From Chiloscyllium plagiosum (Eukaryota): a DNA stretch of 64,000 bases. The position numbers and the translations under genes are program-made. This document shows, piece by piece, positions 23,900-35,040 of the stretch (the stretch's first letter is position 1; each line of letters starts with the position of its first letter). The DNA lies in assembly GCF_004010195.1 (NCBI RefSeq), contig NC_057728.1:46732349-46796348 (forward strand). The letters are read 5' to 3'. The notes beneath the pieces were generated by a model, which did no database searches, was not told the origin of the DNA, and worked only from the letters and a program-made list of their open reading frames with translations.

Positions 23900-25790
23900 A
23901 AGCTCCATTAAATCTGCGTGTGGACTCTCCAGGATAGGCTCCACCACCATTGTTGTTGACCAATCGATCATCCTTGGCCAAAGATCAGGCAGAAATAAAA
24001 GGCAAATGGACAGGATATTTCAGTATCTGGATCAGTGGTGCTGGAAGAGCACAGCAATTCAGGCAGCATCTGAAGACAGGCAAAATCGATGTTTCGGGCA
24101 AAAGCCCTTCATCAGGAATAAAGGCAGAGAGCCTGAAGCGTGGAGAGATAAGCTATTTCAGTAGCCTGTTGAATAGAGTGACTATCATAAACACAACTGG
24201 CCTCAACTAGATTTCACAGGGACCTGTCCTTGATAAACTTGATGTGCCTCCTTCTGCTAACGAGATCAAGAAAGTCATGAAGCAGACGGACTCCAATAAG
24301 GTTTCAATAAGAGAGCCCAGAGGATATTTTTAAAGCAGCCAGCACTGATTTGTTCGAGGTATTTCATGATATCTTCTTTTCCATTTGAAATGAAGAGAAG
24401 TTGCCAAATGTCATAATTGTTGCTCTCTATATAAACAAATGCAGCAAAGCAGAATGTCATAACTACAGAAGTATCTCATTTCTGCCCATAGCAGGAAAGA
24501 TCCTAGTTCACATCATCCTGAAGAAATTTATCATTGTCACAGAAACAAACATGCCTGAGGCTTAGTGCCACTTCTGCCCAGGTCGGCACACTGTGGACCT
24601 CATGTTCACAATGGGATAAATCCATGAAATATGCCTGAAGCTTTTTACTTCATTTTTGTTGACTTCACAAAGAACTTTCACACAGACAATAGGGTGGCCC
24701 TCGGGATAATTCTTGAATGGTGTGGTTGTCCAAAACAATACATCGCGAGCATGCAGCTGTTCCATAACAGAATGCCAGGCCAGAATCTTTTAAATGATGG
24801 ATCATCAGGTCCTTTTGTGATCTCAAATTGAGTGAAGTGGCACCAGTCCTCTCTAACCTGTTCTCACTGTCTTAGCCATGAGATCAAGGGCCTTCAGAGC
24901 AAGTGTACCTCCAAAATCAATTTAATGGCTTATTTGTTGAAATTTAATGTCAAACCCATTCAGGATGTCCTTTTTCCTGAAAATTATGACCTAATGACTC
25001 ATAAAACAAAGAGATGCGCAACTCATGGTTGACAGATTTCCAGAGGCTTCAAATCTGTTTGAATTGACTATCAGGCCTTACCAAATTCCAGCACTATTCA
25101 ACTCCATCACTGACAGAAACCAGAAGAATTTTGATAAGTTTTTAAAAATTAGAACTATTATCTCAAATTACAGTCTGCTTAGTAAAGAGAGAACAGCTCG
25201 GTTCAGCAAAGTGATCGAGGTACTTGGAAGGCTTCCCAGTAGTGTAACTGAACCACCACAGCACTAGATGGTCCACAAAGATCAAGTTGTATAACGTTCT
25301 TGTCATTACTTCTCTACAGCTAAGAGCCCTGAACTATACAACATAAACACATAAATCAGCTGAAACTTTTTTGCATGTGTGCTCTCCATTCTACCCTTGG
25401 CATCCACTAGCAAGACCAGTTTATAAATCTCAAAATCTTAGACCAAGCCCAGTCAACAAGTATAGAGTCAATGCTCCTGAAAACCCAACTGGGCTGAATG
25501 GACATCACAGTCCAAGATGGTTGCAGTGTGGTGAGCTGGCGTTTGGAGAAAGAAACCCAAATCAACTGCATTTGTGCTAAAATGGCATACTGAAGTGAAA
25601 CCTGAAACAATACATTATCAATGCTGAGGAACTGGAAGGACCAGCATGAGAATGAGTTCATTGGAGAACCCTGACCCAAAGAGTTTTCATCTCTTTTGAA
25701 AAGACTGCAACATCCCATTTTCATCTATTAACAATGCCATAGTGCAACGGCTTTCATTGTCACAATACATGAATTTTAAAGCTCTATTTC
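23900..25790 (+). mobile_element. Degenerate RTE-clade LINE
   Basis: NYRSISFLPIAGKIL, FVDFTKNFHTDNR..CGCP and QDVLF motifs, with many stops and frameshifts. Confidence 0.85.
24026..24150 (-). mobile_element. Penelope-type terminal repeat with minimal hammerhead motif
   Basis: Minus strand 24115-24082 reads CTGATGA-A-GGGC-TTTT-GCCC-GAAA-CATCGATTTT. Confidence 0.8.
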
Positions 25791-26127
25791 TGATTCTGTG
25801 CCACCAGACAGGGGTTATATAACCACTTTTCTATTCATTGTTGATGAGTCTGCACATCATTGCCTTCCTCAACCTTGAAGACAAACATCATTAGAAAAAC
25901 ATAAAGGATGACATGTGGTGACATTCAAATCCAGTGATATTCAAGCAGGCAGTCTTATCAGTTTTCCACAGCCATCGAACACTAATTTCCAAAAATAGTG
26001 TGTTCTTATTTCTTCTTGATGTGTTTCCTTCATTTTTGTTTTTTGAACATTTCTCATCTCAGTAATTAGACTTGTGAAAGTGTATGATTAACATGAAATA
26101 ATTGGGAACCACAAATCTGTCTAATTA

Positions 26128-26450
26128 GGGGAGGCAATGGACCAGTGGAATTTTCACTGGACTATTAATTATTAATTTTCTAAGGACCTGAGTTTGAAAT
26201 CTGCCTTGAATTCAATAAAAATCTGGAATTAAGAGTCTAATGACGAATACAAATTCAATGTCAATTGTTGGAAAAACCCATCTGGTTTATTAATGCCCTT
26301 TAGGGAAGGAAACAGCCGTCCTTACTTAGTCTGGCCTATATGTGACTCCAGATCTACAGCAATATAGTTAACTCTTAGCTGCCCTCTAGGCAATTAGGGA
26401 TGGGCAAAAAAGGGTTGGCCTAGCCAGAGGCACCCTCATCCCATAAATAA
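26128..26450 (+). mobile_element. DeuSINE-like SINE
   Basis: tRNA-like head, agggaaggaaa..gtctggccta.atgtgactccaga core and ggcaattagggatgggca tail. Confidence 0.8.
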
Positions 26451-27714
26451 ATAACAAAGAAAATCTGTGTAGAAAAGAAAGGAAAATGAGGTTTCCATAA
26501 ACTCGCTAAAGAAAGAGAACATTTAAATTTATGCATAGATATGTAGCTTTTGGAAAAATGTATCAGACAACATACATAACGGTGCATGAAAGAATTCAAG
26601 GTCATTAGCTTTTGAATATGATTGTATTCAGTGGTTGTACTTGGAGTGCTGCAGTGTGAGATGTGGGTGAAGTGTACTTAGTTACATGAGACTTATGAGC
26701 AGAGCCTAAGTAAACACTCAGAGCTATTTCAAGTGACATTCTAATTTTGCTGTAGATTTTCAAAGCTGACACTGCAATTTATGAGAACTGTTTTGTGTAA
26801 CCATTTAAGGGCAATGAAGGCAGAGGTGGATGTTTAATGTTAGACTAAAAGTGGGACGTAACCTGAAACCATCAGACTTGGTGTTTTACTTCTGACTCCC
26901 TGTTTTCTGGTCCATAAAGGGAAGTTGTAAAGCTGCTTTATTGTTGTCATTGAAAATGGATTGTTACATTTTAAGATCTTGCTATGCTGTCTTGTACATT
27001 GAATATTAGATTTCTACTAGGAAAGGCTGAAGCAGCCAGAAAGTACCGCACTCTTAAACTGGAGTTAAGTCAACCACGGAACAGGGCCTGTCCCTAACTT
27101 AGGTTTTGCTGTAATCGCTGCTTTAATTGGTTAATTGGGCAAAGGTCCTTCAGGGTCAAGGAATTAACAGTTAATAGACAATTCATTATTAATGAATAAT
27201 TCATTAATAATTAACTAATAATGAATTCATGGTCAGTGTTAATATCCACCAAAAATAAGAACCAACCACAGCAACTTTCCCCATCATGCGCTCACTGGCA
27301 CTTTAAATAGCCCAGGCTAATTTTGGCAAATTTTAAATAGTTGAACAATAATCAGTCACATCTTTCCGTAATGTGGGAGATTGAAAGTGCTAGAGTTTTT
27401 GATTATTTGAACAAATCTCAAGTCATATCAAAAACAGCAACAATGGCAAATAAATTACAAACGACAAATGCGAATTTAATGCATATTTTGTACAAGTTGG
27501 ATGCAACTTAATTGCTGTTACAAAAGTTATTTGTTGATTCCAATACATGAGTTATTAATTTGATTCTAAATTTTTAGATTTATGAATTAGTCTTTCAATA
27601 TACTTTATGGCTCCTTTTAGTGAAGCAGGGCTTTAAAAATTGGAATTTTGCTCAACAATCTAGAATTTTCCCATTTTTGGACACAGCTTTCTACTTTGGC
27701 CATTACTTAATCAA

Positions 27715-28375
27715 CTAGAATCACAGAATAACACAGCACCGAAGGAGGTCATTGTGTCAGGGATAATTCTTGGCTTGAACCGTTCCATTAGTTCTACCTT
27801 CCCGAACTCTCAGGGTTGGGACAAGAATGAGGGGGCATGGTTTTAAAATAAGACAGGGTTGAAGAGAAATATTTTCTCTTGTACCGCTAGAACATAGAAC
27901 ATTGAAAAGAACAGGACAGAACAGGCCCTCCGGCCCACGCTGTTGTGCCAAGGATTATTCCTAATCTAAAATAAAATAGCCTAACCTACGCACCCCTCAA
28001 TTCACTGCTGTCCACATGCATGTCCAGCAGTCACTTAAATGCCCCTAATGACCCTGCTTCCAACACCACTGCTGGCAATGCATTCCATGTATTCACAAGT
28101 CCCTGCATAAAGAACGTACCTCTGACATCTCCTCTATATTTTCCTCCTAATATCTTAAAATGATGAATTACCGTTGTAAGCCTTTGGAACTTTCTTCATT
28201 AGAGAGCGATGGAGACAATCACTGAATATTTTTAAGATGGGGCAGAAAGATTCTCAAGTATCAAGGGAGTCAGAGGTTATTGGGGATCAGTGGAAACATG
28301 GACCTGAGGCCACATTCAGATCAGCCATGACCTATTGAATGGCGAACAAGGCTTACTTCCTACTTCTAATTCATT
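27715..28375. mobile_element. Nested CR1 3' fragments in both orientations
   Basis: A plus-strand copy (27805-27885 and 28170-28375) is split by a minus-strand copy (27888-28165) with a tagaaca tail. Confidence 0.75.
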
Positions 28376-28376
28376 T

Positions 28377-29328
28377 AGAGTCATAGAGTCATAGAGATGT
28401 ACAGCATGGAAACAGACCCTTCGGTCCAACCCGTCCGTGCTGACCAGATATCCCAACCCAATCTAGTCCCACTTGCCAGCACCCAGTCCATATCCCTCCA
28501 AACCCTTTCTATTCATATACCCATCCAAATGCCTCTTAAATGTTGCAATTTTACCAGCCTCCACCACAACCTCTGGCAGCTCATTCCATACACTTACCAC
28601 CCTCTGCGTGAAAAAGTTGCACCTTAGGTCTCTTTTATGTCTTTCCCCTCTCACCCTAAACCTATGCCCTCTAGTTCTGGATGGCCTAACCAATGTCCTG
28701 TATAGCCGCAACATGACCTCCCAACTCCTGTACTCAATACTCTGACCAATAAAGGAAAGCATACCAAACGCCTTCTTCACTGTCCTATCTGCCTGCGACT
28801 CCACTTTCAAGGAGCTATGAACCTGCACTCCAAGGTCTCTTTGCTCAGCAACACTCCCTAGGATCTTATCATTAAGTGTATAAGTCCTGCTAAGATTTGC
28901 TTTCCCAAAATGTAGCACCTCGCATTTATCTGAATTAAACTCCATCTGCCATTTCTCAGCCCAAAGGCCCATCTGATCCAGATCCTGTTGTAAACTGAGG
29001 TAAACCTCTTCGCTGTCCACTACACCTCCAATTTTGGTGTCATCTGCAAACTTACTAACTGTACCTCTTATGCTCGCATCCAAATCATTTATGTAAATGA
29101 CAAAAAGTAGAGGGCCCAGCACTGATCCTTGTGGCACTCCACTGGTCACAGGCCTCCAGTCTGAAAAATAACCCTCCACCACCTCTCTCTGTCTTCTACC
29201 TTTGAGCCAGTTCTGTATCCAAATGGCTAGTTCTCCCTGTATTCCATGAGATCTAACCTTGCTAATCAGTCTCACATGGGGAGCCTTGTCGAACGCCTTA
29301 CTGAAGTCCATATAGGTCACATCTACTG
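28377..29328 (-). mobile_element. Young CR1 LINE, RT C-terminal half with in-frame internal deletion
   Basis: The 285-aa ORF contains YMDFSKAFD, SGVPQGSVLGP, KFADDTK and RDLGV. (agagtcat)n tail. Confidence 0.97.
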
Positions 29329-30545
29329 TTCCAATAGTCCTGTAAACTTCATCTCACCACGTATTTACCCACTGCTCTTTTGTGTGTTATAATTGACTCT
29401 GTTACCACTACATACTCACGCAGAATATTTCAGATCACAACAATGCTTTGTTAAAAAAAAACAAATTCTTCATGTTGCCTCTGGCTCTTCTGTTCAGCTC
29501 TTGCATCTGGGCCCTTATGATTTGGACTTTTATTATCTGAACATCGATGATTTTGAACCTAACACTTGGCTCAAGTGTCTGTTGAAATGTTACAAAATAA
29601 TCTCGTCTAATGGAAAATAAAAGCAACTCATACTTCATTCTGTAACAAGAAAAATGTTAAGATTATTACTCCAGATTTTCAAAGTGGAAAATAACCTCTA
29701 ATATTATTCTGACTGATATCAAGTGGTTCATAGTTCCACACTACTGGATGCTGCCCTAGTTTCACAAACAAAAGCAGACGGAGTTATTCTAATTTGCTTT
29801 CTTCAGAACGCATTGAAATCTCTGCAGTATGCACTCTTGTCAAAGCAGCAGAGTAAAGAATCCAGCTCAAAGAGCCATCTATCAAAGCTTCTTTAGACTA
29901 AGAGTCTCATACTTACCTCTCCAGACTGTCATTTTTCTTAAAAACTATTTGACAGATAATTAACTTTCCCTTTCACATGTAGACCTTCAACACAGGTGAT
30001 TTGCTATTTTTGACTGTGTGCAACAAGAACTGTGCATTCTGTATGTACGTAAGTTCAGAAATGTAACAACTGTGAAACCAATTATCTTAAGCATTCTATT
30101 CAAAGCTACTAAACGATGAACACGGAAATTAAGAACCAGACAGTCAAAGAAGCAAAGGGGCCATCACTACTTCTGTCCTCTTGTTGATTTAACCCTCCTT
30201 CTGACACCCTGTTATGCTCTATTGCTAATAGGATTTATAGGACTTGACAGTTACTAACGTGATATGATGGATTTGCTTTCTTCTCCTCAGCAAAGTTGAC
30301 CTGAGTTATTGCTCTGTGTGGATCTGCAAAAGCCCTTGGATTCCACTCATCTAATCGCAGAGTGAGCTCCATTGTTGTTATCACAATATTTCATCAGTGC
30401 AAGTTCCTTGCTGACTGTCGCTTCTTTGAAAAAAAACAAAGATAGATTTTAGAATGTAACACAAGTATGACCTGAGACAGCAGCCAGTATTGAACCTGAT
30501 GTGAAATAATACATAGAAAATGTGTGAAGCTCTGGGGACTATATA

Positions 30546-31152
30546 GAGAGGAACCTCGATTATCCGATCGAGATGGGCGGTCACTATTTTGTTCAGATAA
30601 TCGATTATTCGGTCAATTGATTAAATGCCTTTCCTCTGGGGCTCAGAGTTTTTAAAGTCTGCTCCCTGTTAAGGAGGTAAGGCAGCATCACAGCGTGTGA
30701 GACCCCGCCCCCAACACCACCCCATCCCACCTCCCGCGCCCCCAACCCAGTCCAATACCCTAACCCCAAACCCCGTTCAAAACTGCCCCCGCCTGCCCCG
30801 CCCCAACCCCATCCAACACTGCCCTCGCCCCAAACCCATCCAGCCCCGCCCCAGTCCCATCCACGTCCAACACCACCGCAATCCCATCCATCCTCCCCCC
30901 CCAACCCTGTCCAACACAGCCCACCGCCCCCAAACTCTGTCCAACACCGCCCCGCCCAAATCGCCCCTGCCCCCTCTCCAGGGCAGCCAGATGGTACACC
31001 AACAACAGGACTGCAGCAGCAGCTGCCTTTGCAGGGTAAGTCTCCAAATAGTGCGCACACACACAGCCATAACCACACACAACAACTTTTTGACAGGTTC
31101 CAGGACAATATTGGAGAGATTATCTGGGGAAGCGGGGAGTGGGGGGGGCGGG

Positions 31153-31188
<36 letters not shown>

Positions 31189-31411
31189 TTAGGGTACACC
31201 CATGTGTAGAACCCCAGGAAAGTGTGGGAAGAGAGACAGAGGATGGCAGCTCAGTCATTTGGAGACGGTGCCTGTTTAATCACTGTAAACAAAAGACACG
31301 ATCACTGTTGGAAATACATCTTTGATGTAGTGTTTCTATCGGGACCTCGAGATCTCCTTCGGATAATCCGATTTTCAGATAATTGGTATTTGGATAATCG
31401 AGGTTCTTCTG
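30546..31411. mobile_element. Non-autonomous Tc1/mariner (Tigger-like) DNA transposon
   Basis: TIRs gagaggaacctcgattatcc and ggataatcgaggttcttctg, with TA on both sides (30544-45, 31412-13). Internal C-rich repeats and (GT)n. Confidence 0.9.
31157..31187. repeat. (GT)n microsatellite
   Basis: Directly visible. Confidence 0.98.
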
Positions 31412-31859
31412 TAATACATTAGTGTTGAAAATATGCCACAGTGCATGAGTGAAATGAACCTGTCCCTTCGATAACCATCAAGTTGTAAGTGCAACTTTAG
31501 GTGTTAATGATGTGAGAGGTACATCACTTCTTTCGTGACTGCATTGTTGATATAGCAATATGCAGTGGTTAGTTGCTTAGCACAATAAAATGTCCTGTTG
31601 TTCACAGATAATGTAACAGCTGATTGCATACGCACAATACGTGATTCATTTGCAGTGTGTATGTTTGGTCCTGGAGCAAAGTAGTAGTGGACAAAAGATA
31701 CTCAGAAAGTGTCATGCAGCTTAAAGAATTTGCTAAGGGGAGGCAAATGAAGTGCAGGCTTTTACTGCATGTCAACCTCCTCACTTTACGATCCATGTCT
31801 TTACTGTTTCCACTCTTGGCTCTTCTTCTTCTCAATAAAAATTGAAAGATTTGTTGATT

Positions 31860-31970
31860 CAAAAACAGAAACAAAACGGAAATTGCTGGAAAAATTCAAC
31901 AGGTCTGGTAGCGTATGTGGAGAGAAATCAGAGTTAACACTTCAGGTGGAGTGACCCTTCCTCAGAAACC
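31860..31970. mobile_element. Penelope-like terminal repeat remnant
   Basis: aattgctggaaaaattcaacaggtctggtagc..gagttaac..gacccttcctcagaa. Confidence 0.7.
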
Positions 31971-32259
31971 TCTTCCTTATTTGTACTGAAAAGGCTGTGA
32001 TCACTTTCTGTTAAATTGCCTATAGGTCTGTTTCAGAGAATTTCTGTTTATCCCAAACATTTATACTCTGTTCAGGCTCAACACTTTTAATAAATCCTTT
32101 AGACCCTTGTTACACAAGAAAAAAATATACTTTCATTATGCCGTCTTCCAAAAACAACCGTTTGACTCCATTACAGAATGCAGCAACCCTTTTAGGTTAG
32201 ATTAGATTACAGAGTTGTTGCTTTATTATTGTGGGGGCTGGGAGCAGGGAGGTTGTGTG

Positions 32260-32500
32260 AATGTATTAGTAAACCAAATTAGTAAACTGGATTAGTAAAC
32301 CAGAGGCAAATAGGGACAATGTTTCATATCCCATCACTCAGTTAGTGGGATTTAAATTCAATGACTAAATCTGGAATATAATGTTTTGGTAATGGTGGTG
32401 ATGAAATTATCATTGATTGTCGTTAAAAAAAATCTGTTTAACTAAAGTTGTTTCGAGAAGGAAATCTGCCATGTTTAACTTGCCTAAATGTGCAGTGGCA
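32260..32500 (+). mobile_element. Degenerate DeuSINE-like SINE
   Basis: Similar to 26128-26450 (gaaggaaatctgcc core). Confidence 0.65.
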
Positions 32501-34629
32501 ATCTTTGTCAGCCAGAGGAGCCAAGTGCAAACTCAGACTCCTCATGGGTTCAGAAACCTCCTATCTGTGTGAAATACACTGACAGTTGAAAACTATAGAG
32601 AAAAGGAAACTGCCAACAAAACAAAAACTAGTGTATTATTCTTGAATTAAATTTAATTAATAGCATTCCACCTCTGAGATTTCAGTTTAAACATTTTCCT
32701 TAATCCCATTCTATTTTGCATTTCCCTGACATTCTTCCTGCTCTGAAGCATCTCTGTTGACCTAAATTTTTGGCACAATCACTTACTGCAAGTATTCATC
32801 CCCATCACTCTAACGCACTGACTGCACCAGTTTCTCTGCCTGATGATGGGATTCAATTTCATTAAGCGAGAGAGAGCATTTTCTTCCAAAAGGTTTTGCA
32901 ATGCCTTTGCCAGGCACAGCTTCCTTAGTTCAAAATGAGAAGCCAGGATTGGCAGCAGTCACCAGCACTCCAGTCCCATAGCATCAGACAACTCAGGAAT
33001 GAGCTTACCTCACTGCAGCCTGTCATTTCTTCTCTGTTCCCATGAGCCCAGTAGGAGACTAATGTTTTTGTGAGGCCAACACTACTTTTAAAGCTTGTCA
33101 GGTGCATTTAAAGACAGACGGCAACTCGTAAAAGCAGTTCACTCTGACAGGAACAGTAGTTGACTGTGGGCAAGGGCCCAGCCTGCAAGAGGAGTAACTA
33201 ATGGTGCAAGAGAGAGGTCAATATGCCACAACAATGTCAGGGAGTATAATGGTGACCTAATTGTCAGGAGACAGACAGAAACCAAATGTGCTCTATCTAC
33301 AAAGGGCCAAAAGACTTTCTGGGGAAATGCTAGGTGGGAGCAAATAACTGTCAAAGGTCAGTATCAACTATTACATTCTGAGGACTTGGATACAATTCCG
33401 CAAGAAGATTAATGAATGGTCAAAATCAGTGAAAACATCTTCAATTGGTATATTCTACCAATTGCAACCAGTTGTCTCAGAGACTGTTCAAAATAATCAA
33501 TCTCTGCCCTGTGCTATCTGCCTACCTTTGCTTATTCTTCTTTTGTTTGAGTGCATTTGGTCACTTGCAGCAATATATCTATCGTCCTGGCAAGTGAGGA
33601 GTTACCATTCTGTTATTGATGGAGTTTCTCAAAAGAAAAAGCTAAAAAGGATGAGGATCTTTCAAAATGTGGATCCACCTCAATTTATCATTGATACCGA
33701 GCCATTGTTTTGAAAGCCTCCTTCCCAACCGTAACTTCAAAACTCCATATTTCCCTAGACAAGCAGAGCAGCTTGTCTGAGCTGCTCCCTGCAGCAGTCA
33801 AAATGATGACAAAGAAACTCATTAAAGTTTGAAGTCATGTACACAATGCCAGGGGTAAAGTGTTCAATAAGCTTCTAGTTACCGCCTGAAAATCCTAAAG
33901 GCAAGGAGAGATGAAATTACTCCTTTCTTTCTTGTACTCATTTTTGTGGAACAGATATTCTAATTGAAATACAACAGAAATGCTGCTTACATGTGGCCTA
34001 CATCTTGAGCTTTTTGCAAACCCCCTGCAGAATGATAACTCCCTTAACCCTTTTGCTTTAGACCAGACCACATACATGTCCTTTAAAATGATCTGAAACT
34101 CCAAGGAGGCACAGGAGAAACCTTTGATGAAAGAGATGTTATTTTCAGCATCAAGTAATGTTTTGATTTGATTGGGTTGTGTCTGTGCTTTTATCATGTA
34201 GGTCAGAACAGATGATATATTCATATTACCTCATCGACAAAAAAATAAAGAATTTATTCCATGGATGCCAAATATCAGTGCAGCTAAGATTATACAACAC
34301 CATTTAAAAATAAATTAAACAGCAGCACTGTCACTGCCAGCATCAATATGTGCTAGCTGTAACCATGGAAACTCCTTTAGCTTATCTGGCCCTAAGCATT
34401 CTGGAGCAGCAGTAGTGCAAAGCAGAGAATTTTCTGGCTCTTAGCATGTAAGAACCTCACACAACCCTCGATAAAGCATATTAGCAATTCTACATAAACA
34501 AAAATGAACAAAATCTTTCCAATAAAGTGCCATGCTAAAAAACTGAACGAACACATTATGCCTTGACACTGCAACCTTTCAATAATAATATCTGAACTCA
34601 TGTTATTGTGAATACCAAAGTCAACTATA

Positions 34630-35040
34630 TGCATTTGTATAAGGCTTCAATCTAACATAATAAAGTATTCCATTGTGCTTCAGAGGAGCATAATCAAAGC
34701 CAAGAACCGGCACTGAGCCAAAGGGTGAATACGTCTTGACAGGTGACCAAAATATTCATCGAAGTTTTAAAAAGGAAAAAGAGGGTGAAGTGATTTTCGA
34801 GGGAATTCCAGATCTTAGCAGCTGAAGGCATTGCTGAGGATGTTAGGAAGGAAGTCAAGGAAACACAAGAGGCTATATTGGAGGAATGCAGAGCTCCCAG
34901 TGCTTTTCAGGAAGAGGTTGCAGAGATATAAAAGTGCAAGACCATAGTGGCATTTGAACACAAGGATTGGGAGCTCATGTGGAACAAAGAGCATACTGAT
35001 GGTAGATGAACAGAACATGACATAAGTTAGATATGGACAG
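34630..35040 (-). mobile_element. L2-type LINE 3' fragment
   Basis: ggtgaccaaaa and agggaattccaga motifs shared with 51860-52160 and 22845-23200. Confidence 0.65.

Noticed and set aside
29420..29936. Minus-strand donors GTGAGT and GTAAGT with upstream acceptors
   Set aside because: All frames of the larger candidate contain stops, and the 20-nt candidate cannot be tested here.
30605..31325. Gly/Pro-rich ORFs
   Set aside because: They are low-complexity interior of a non-autonomous DNA transposon.
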